From the IMG/VR virus record IMGVR_UViG_3300021254_000020, positions 202,421-266,420 of that record: 64,000 bases of DNA; one strand, 5' to 3'. Of the stretch, positions 60,309 to 64,000 are shown piece by piece. This DNA comes from a virus. Its lineage: Duplodnaviria; Caudoviricetes. The notes below the pieces were generated by a model, which was not told the DNA's origin, ran no database searches, and saw only the letters and a list, made by a program, of their open reading frames with translations. A program made the position numbers and the translations under genes. Each line of letters begins with the position of its first letter. Positions within the stretch are counted from its first letter, which is position 1.

Positions 60309-62579
60309 ATGAAATTAATTAACCATGTTGAGCCAATCATGCAGCTCTTGAACTCTCCTCATGTAGGTCAGTTCTTAGAGTTCGAAGAAGGAGGTAATAT
60401 CTCTAAGAGTGATATTGAACACTTCGTATTGGTTCATCTCTCCCATCCTGGAGAACTTGATAATCTCCTTGATGTGAAAAAGAAGGCTAAGAAGAAGGCA
60501 GTTGTCGAAGAGGAAGAAGATGTGTCTGAAGAAGATGTGGTAAACATGTCTGAAGCGGAGACTCTTCAGTTGATTCGTCGTATCCGTAAAATCAACTGCC
60601 CGTCAATCAATGTGCTTAAAGACAATGGTTGGTTCCTTTGTCCGATCTATGCTGGTGTAACTGAACTGCGTCCTTTGATTTGCAAGAAGCTCCCTGCAAA
60701 GAAAGGATACAAACTGATTATCTTAGATGCATCTATTGGTAATATTGAGGGTCTCTTCACTAAAGACAATCTTAAGGAATGGGAACTCAATTCCATGCGT
60801 AAGCTGGATATGCACTTTGATAATAGTGGTCTTGGCTTCAAGTCCATGAGTGTGTTCATTCATAAGAAGGATGATATCTTCACCAAACGTATGCGTAATG
60901 CAGTAAATCGTTTAGAAACCACTCAGCGTACTCGTATTAAGTTGGGTAATATACTGGTAGATGAGGTTATCAGTATCGTTGGTCAGGAAGCTTATATTAA
61001 CAATAAGCAGAATCTGGCTAAGAGCAACAAGTCCAAGTCTTCTGTTACTGAATACGATACCAATGACGTAAAGATCATCAAATATATTGAGAAGGCATAT
61101 AAGCGTATCAATAAGACAGCTGAGAAGATGGACGTGAAGACTCCTATTCGTCGTCATAAATCTTTTGACGCTGTTATAGAACAGATTATAGCCGAAGAGA
61201 AACTTGAGCATCAGGATCGTGCAAACGCTTGGCTCAAGTCTATCAATGATGGAGTTGCTAATTTAGAGGCTTGGAAGAATGCTTCCAATGGTAATACTGG
61301 TATGCCTACCTTAGAGTATGCTATGAGCGTTGTCCGCAATGAGATTGATGAATCTCAGAAAGGTGATGAACCGATCGATATCCAGAAGCTTGCTCAGGAA
61401 TGGATCGATAATGTCAAAGTTGGTATTAATAAGCTCAAGGACTGGAAGGAATCCTATAAGCAGAATCTCATTGATGAAGGAGAAGATGAGGAAACTATCA
61501 GTGTGCCGGATATGCCGACAATGGAAGATGCTCTAGCTGAAACTAAGCAGCTTGGCGTTCATGACTACATTGAATCGTTCCTCACCTATGTAAACGTACA
61601 GAACTACATGCAGTATGTGAAATCTGAAAAGGATGCTGAACTGGTAGTAAATGAATTGGTTCATGAATCCTATCTCTGGGAATATATTGAAGGTATTAAG
61701 GGCTGTGGTGAGATCACTGCAGCATATATCCTTTCTGATATTGATTTCCGCAGCACTGTTCATGCATCTTCAGTAGTTAGATATCTCGGTCTTGATAATA
61801 TCACTACTGTTCCTGATCGTGAAGGCAAACCTGTTAGTGAAGAGCAGTTGCCGTTGATTATTCGTTTCCTGTTCCATAACTATAATCTCATCCGTACTAG
61901 AGAAGATAATTCTGATCAGGATGATATCGGTGTTCTGCCTCCGATTAGTGAAGATACATTCTATCGTTATGCTTCTGAAATGGTCGAGGATTGGAGCGAG
62001 TATAAGGCTATCGAAAAGGTTATTAAGACTAAGGGAGTCAATAAGATGGATCCCCATAAGATCTTAGAACTGGATACCAACTTTGCTGAACTCGTACAGA
62101 AAGTATGGGAGCATTGTGATATTATTGAATATCGCAATCAGCGTGGTGAGATGATTCCTACCATTAAGAAGCATGCTCGTTCCAAGAAAGATAGTGTTGT
62201 TACTACGTTCTTGGATAAGAACGGTAATATCTCCACTAAGAAGAGCCTTGGCTATAATACCAAACTCAAGGCTAGAATCATTGAGATCATGTTTGGTTCT
62301 ATGATGAAGGCTAAGAATGAGTTCTATTATGGTGAACTCTATCTCGGATTCAGAGAACGTAAAGTTAATGAATATCTTGCTCAAGGCAAAGATCCTGAGA
62401 TTCATAAGAATCATATCCATATGCAGGCTCGTCGTTATGCAGTGCAGATATTCATTGAGAATCTGTGGATGTGGGTTCGTCAGAAGAAGGGCTGGCCAAC
62501 GAATGGTGGTACCTATTATGAGGCTAAACTCAAAGGTACTCATGGTCATGGCTTAGCTATGAATAGCCCACTTAATTAA
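60309..62579 (+). CDS. IS110/Nop-domain RNA-binding protein, TasA-like (no evident nuclease)
   Basis: Coiled coil RMRNAVNRLETTQRTRIKLGNIL; Transposase_20/Nop-like block LWEYIEGIKGCGEITAAYILSDID..SSVVRYLGLD; GYNTKLK; HIHMQARRYAVQIFIENLW. No DEDD RuvC motif and no GLxP..SG serine loop. Confidence 0.75.
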   Translation: MKLINHVEPIMQLLNSPHVGQFLEFEEGGNISKSDIEHFVLVHLSHPGELDNLLDVKKKAKKKAVVEEEEDVSEEDVVNMSEAETLQLIRRIRKINCPSINVLKDNGWFLCPIYAGVTELRPLICKKLPAKKGYKLIILDASIGNIEGLFTKDNLKEWELNSMRKLDMHFDNSGLGFKSMSVFIHKKDDIFTKRMRNAVNRLETTQRTRIKLGNILVDEVISIVGQEAYINNKQNLAKSNKSKSSVTEYDTNDVKIIKYIEKAYKRINKTAEKMDVKTPIRRHKSFDAVIEQIIAEEKLEHQDRANAWLKSINDGVANLEAWKNASNGNTGMPTLEYAMSVVRNEIDESQKGDEPIDIQKLAQEWIDNVKVGINKLKDWKESYKQNLIDEGEDEETISVPDMPTMEDALAETKQLGVHDYIESFLTYVNVQNYMQYVKSEKDAELVVNELVHESYLWEYIEGIKGCGEITAAYILSDIDFRSTVHASSVVRYLGLDNITTVPDREGKPVSEEQLPLIIRFLFHNYNLIRTREDNSDQDDIGVLPPISEDTFYRYASEMVEDWSEYKAIEKVIKTKGVNKMDPHKILELDTNFAELVQKVWEHCDIIEYRNQRGEMIPTIKKHARSKKDSVVTTFLDKNGNISTKKSLGYNTKLKARIIEIMFGSMMKAKNEFYYGELYLGFRERKVNEYLAQGKDPEIHKNHIHMQARRYAVQIFIENLWMWVRQKKGWPTNGGTYYEAKLKGTHGHGLAMNSPLN

Positions 62580-62604
62580 GTTAGCTGTTGTTTAACATAA
62601 ATTA

Positions 62605-62643
62605 GTGAGGAGAGTCGTAATGACTCTCCTCATATTTTTTTTT
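62605..62643 (+). terminator. Rho-independent terminator
   Basis: TGAGGAGAGTC/GACTCTCCTCA stem followed by a T-run. Confidence 0.75.
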
Positions 62644-62661
62644 GATTTACTTTTAAATTAA

Positions 62662-62777
62662 ACATACCTAGGTGAAGTAAACGAATAATTTATGGACGTT
62701 CTTAATCAAAGGAGCATTTATCTTCAAACACGGACCCCATGAGGCAGGAAACTGCACAGTGTTTTACCTAGGTATGT
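62662..62777. ncRNA. candidate structured RNA
   Basis: ACATACCTAGGT...ACCTAGGTATGT closing stem around ~90 nt containing a GCAG-GAAA-CTGC hairpin; lies between two terminators. Confidence 0.35.
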
Positions 62778-62837
62778 ACTATATTGTTATATTTGTAAAA
62801 AATTAAGGGGAGTGCCCATAAGAGCACTCCCCTATTA

Positions 62838-64000
62838 TTATGAGTTTTTACCAGATTTAATACATTCGTATTTCCATCTAGTATCAATATCGACCACATC
62901 ACCAATCTGATACTTATGACCAGTCTTCATAAATCCAGATCTACGAAGTGCTGAATCATGAGCATCTTGATTAATATTATGAGAATCGATACTTCCTCTT
63001 AGACGATTAGTATAATCTACAACAAGGTCTTCAGCAGCACCTATAACAGTATTAGCTATACTATGCCCTATTTCGCTAGGAGCTACATTAGCAGTCTTAC
63101 CTTTGGTTATGCAGTGTAACTTCCAACGATTAGTCGGACTATTCGGGAAGTATACCTCATCACCAACGTTGTATGTACGGTTAGTTCCATGAGTTCCACC
63201 ATATACTTTGAAATGAGAAGCATCCGCAGAATTATGGTCGGAAATGGATTGAGCAACTTCTGTAGCAAGAAGTGCCAATTCAGAATCCGAAGGAGTCATA
63301 GTCTTGAACTGATTCATACGATTGGTAAGTTTTTGTACATCCAAGTCTGAATCAATAGTTCTACCAGCAGTAAATGCTGCAGGTCTAGTAGTAGAAGTGG
63401 TACCGCTAGTTGTAGCAACTAACACCATACCATTAGGAGCTCCAGGCACATAGACTTCTTGACCTTTGGTGAAGGCCATATTAGTCTTGTGCAAGAAACG
63501 TCCCATAGAAGAAGTAGCATGGTTATCATTGCTAGATGCATGGATAATCAAATCTTTCTGGATATCAATTAATCCACCAAGTCTAGCTTTAGCCTCGAGA
63601 TTGAGTCTACGACTACCAGTTCTACCACCAGTATTATTGCACTTAGCTTTATATACATGGTTGTAGATAGCTACGTCTCCATTCTTATAGTTAGTATTCG
63701 GTAAAAGAAGTTCATCTCTACCAAACTCATGACCATGAGTACTTTCAGTCTGATCATGATTTACTAACTTATTCTCGAGGTTAGTGATATATACATGTAT
63801 ATCTCTTTCATTAGCTCTAGTAACGGCTATAGAAGTTCTATTAGCCTCATCAATAGATTCTGGAGCTATATTAGCGGTAGTACCTGCTTTGATACATTCT
63901 AACTTATAGTCTCTATTCATATTAGGTGCTATTACTACATCACCTACTTTGTATGATTGAGAAGTCATATGTACCATACTATTAGCATTACTATAATAAT
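62838..64000 (-). CDS. tail fibre / receptor-binding protein (C-terminal part; start beyond window)
   Basis: Repeated Y.(V/I)GD.V...(Y/W)KL.C...G.T modules alternating with H-x5/6-H motifs; the frame stays open to 64000; terminator hairpin at 62807-62833. Confidence 0.65.
   Translation of the reverse strand, partial: YYSNANSMVHMTSQSYKVGDVVIAPNMNRDYKLECIKAGTTANIAPESIDEANRTSIAVTRANERDIHVYITNLENKLVNHDQTESTHGHEFGRDELLLPNTNYKNGDVAIYNHVYKAKCNNTGGRTGSRRLNLEAKARLGGLIDIQKDLIIHASSNDNHATSSMGRFLHKTNMAFTKGQEVYVPGAPNGMVLVATTSGTTSTTRPAAFTAGRTIDSDLDVQKLTNRMNQFKTMTPSDSELALLATEVAQSISDHNSADASHFKVYGGTHGTNRTYNVGDEVYFPNSPTNRWKLHCITKGKTANVAPSEIGHSIANTVIGAAEDLVVDYTNRLRGSIDSHNINQDAHDSALRRSGFMKTGHKYQIGDVVDIDTRWKYECIKSGKNS

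Noticed and set aside
60309-62579. Active IS110 insertion sequence
   Set aside because: Lacks the N-terminal DEDD RuvC motif and catalytic Ser loop, is far larger than IS110 recombinases, and has its own phage-type promoter and terminator. LIILDAS could be a RuvC vestige but cannot be supported by eye.
1-64000. Alternative genetic code (stop-codon reassignment)
   Set aside because: Very long intact ORFs (5640 and 1486 aa) and dense tiling under the standard code.

Overview
AT-rich window from a large lytic (jumbo) myophage of the phiKZ/AR9(PBS1)-like type, translated with the standard code. Strong AGGAGG ribosome-binding sites and many peptidoglycan hydrolases suggest a Bacillota host (inference). 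Contents: tandem RNase H-like genes, a baseplate/tail/head structural block, a RusA-like resolvase, a 5640-aa tape-measure protein with five cell-wall-hydrolase-type modules, a long ThyX, a HAD phosphatase, a tandem paralog family, an endolysin with two candidate holins, a phage-encoded RNAP beta-like subunit and a truncated tail fibre. Two recurring promoter motifs can be read directly from the DNA: TATAYTATA (early-type) and (G)ACA-N6-TAAT (late-type). The most notable observation is an unannotated ~870-bp non-coding array at 49408-50280. It has ~22 units of ~37 nt, each YCAAT-N9-nAATGRAHT-N9-N4/5, which resembles a TIGR dual-spacer guide-RNA array. About 10 kb away (60309-62579) is an unusually large IS110/Nop-domain (TasA-like) protein with no recognisable nuclease, and directly after the array is a Zn-finger protein with a degenerate HNH. 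Together these are a candidate split or variant TIGR-Tas RNA-guided system. Also notable are a branched cluster of GNA-triloop DNA hairpins plus iteron-like repeats at 46597-46990 (candidate replication origin) and several promoter/terminator-bounded, ORF-free structured RNA candidates. All calls come from reading motifs by eye; no database searches were run.
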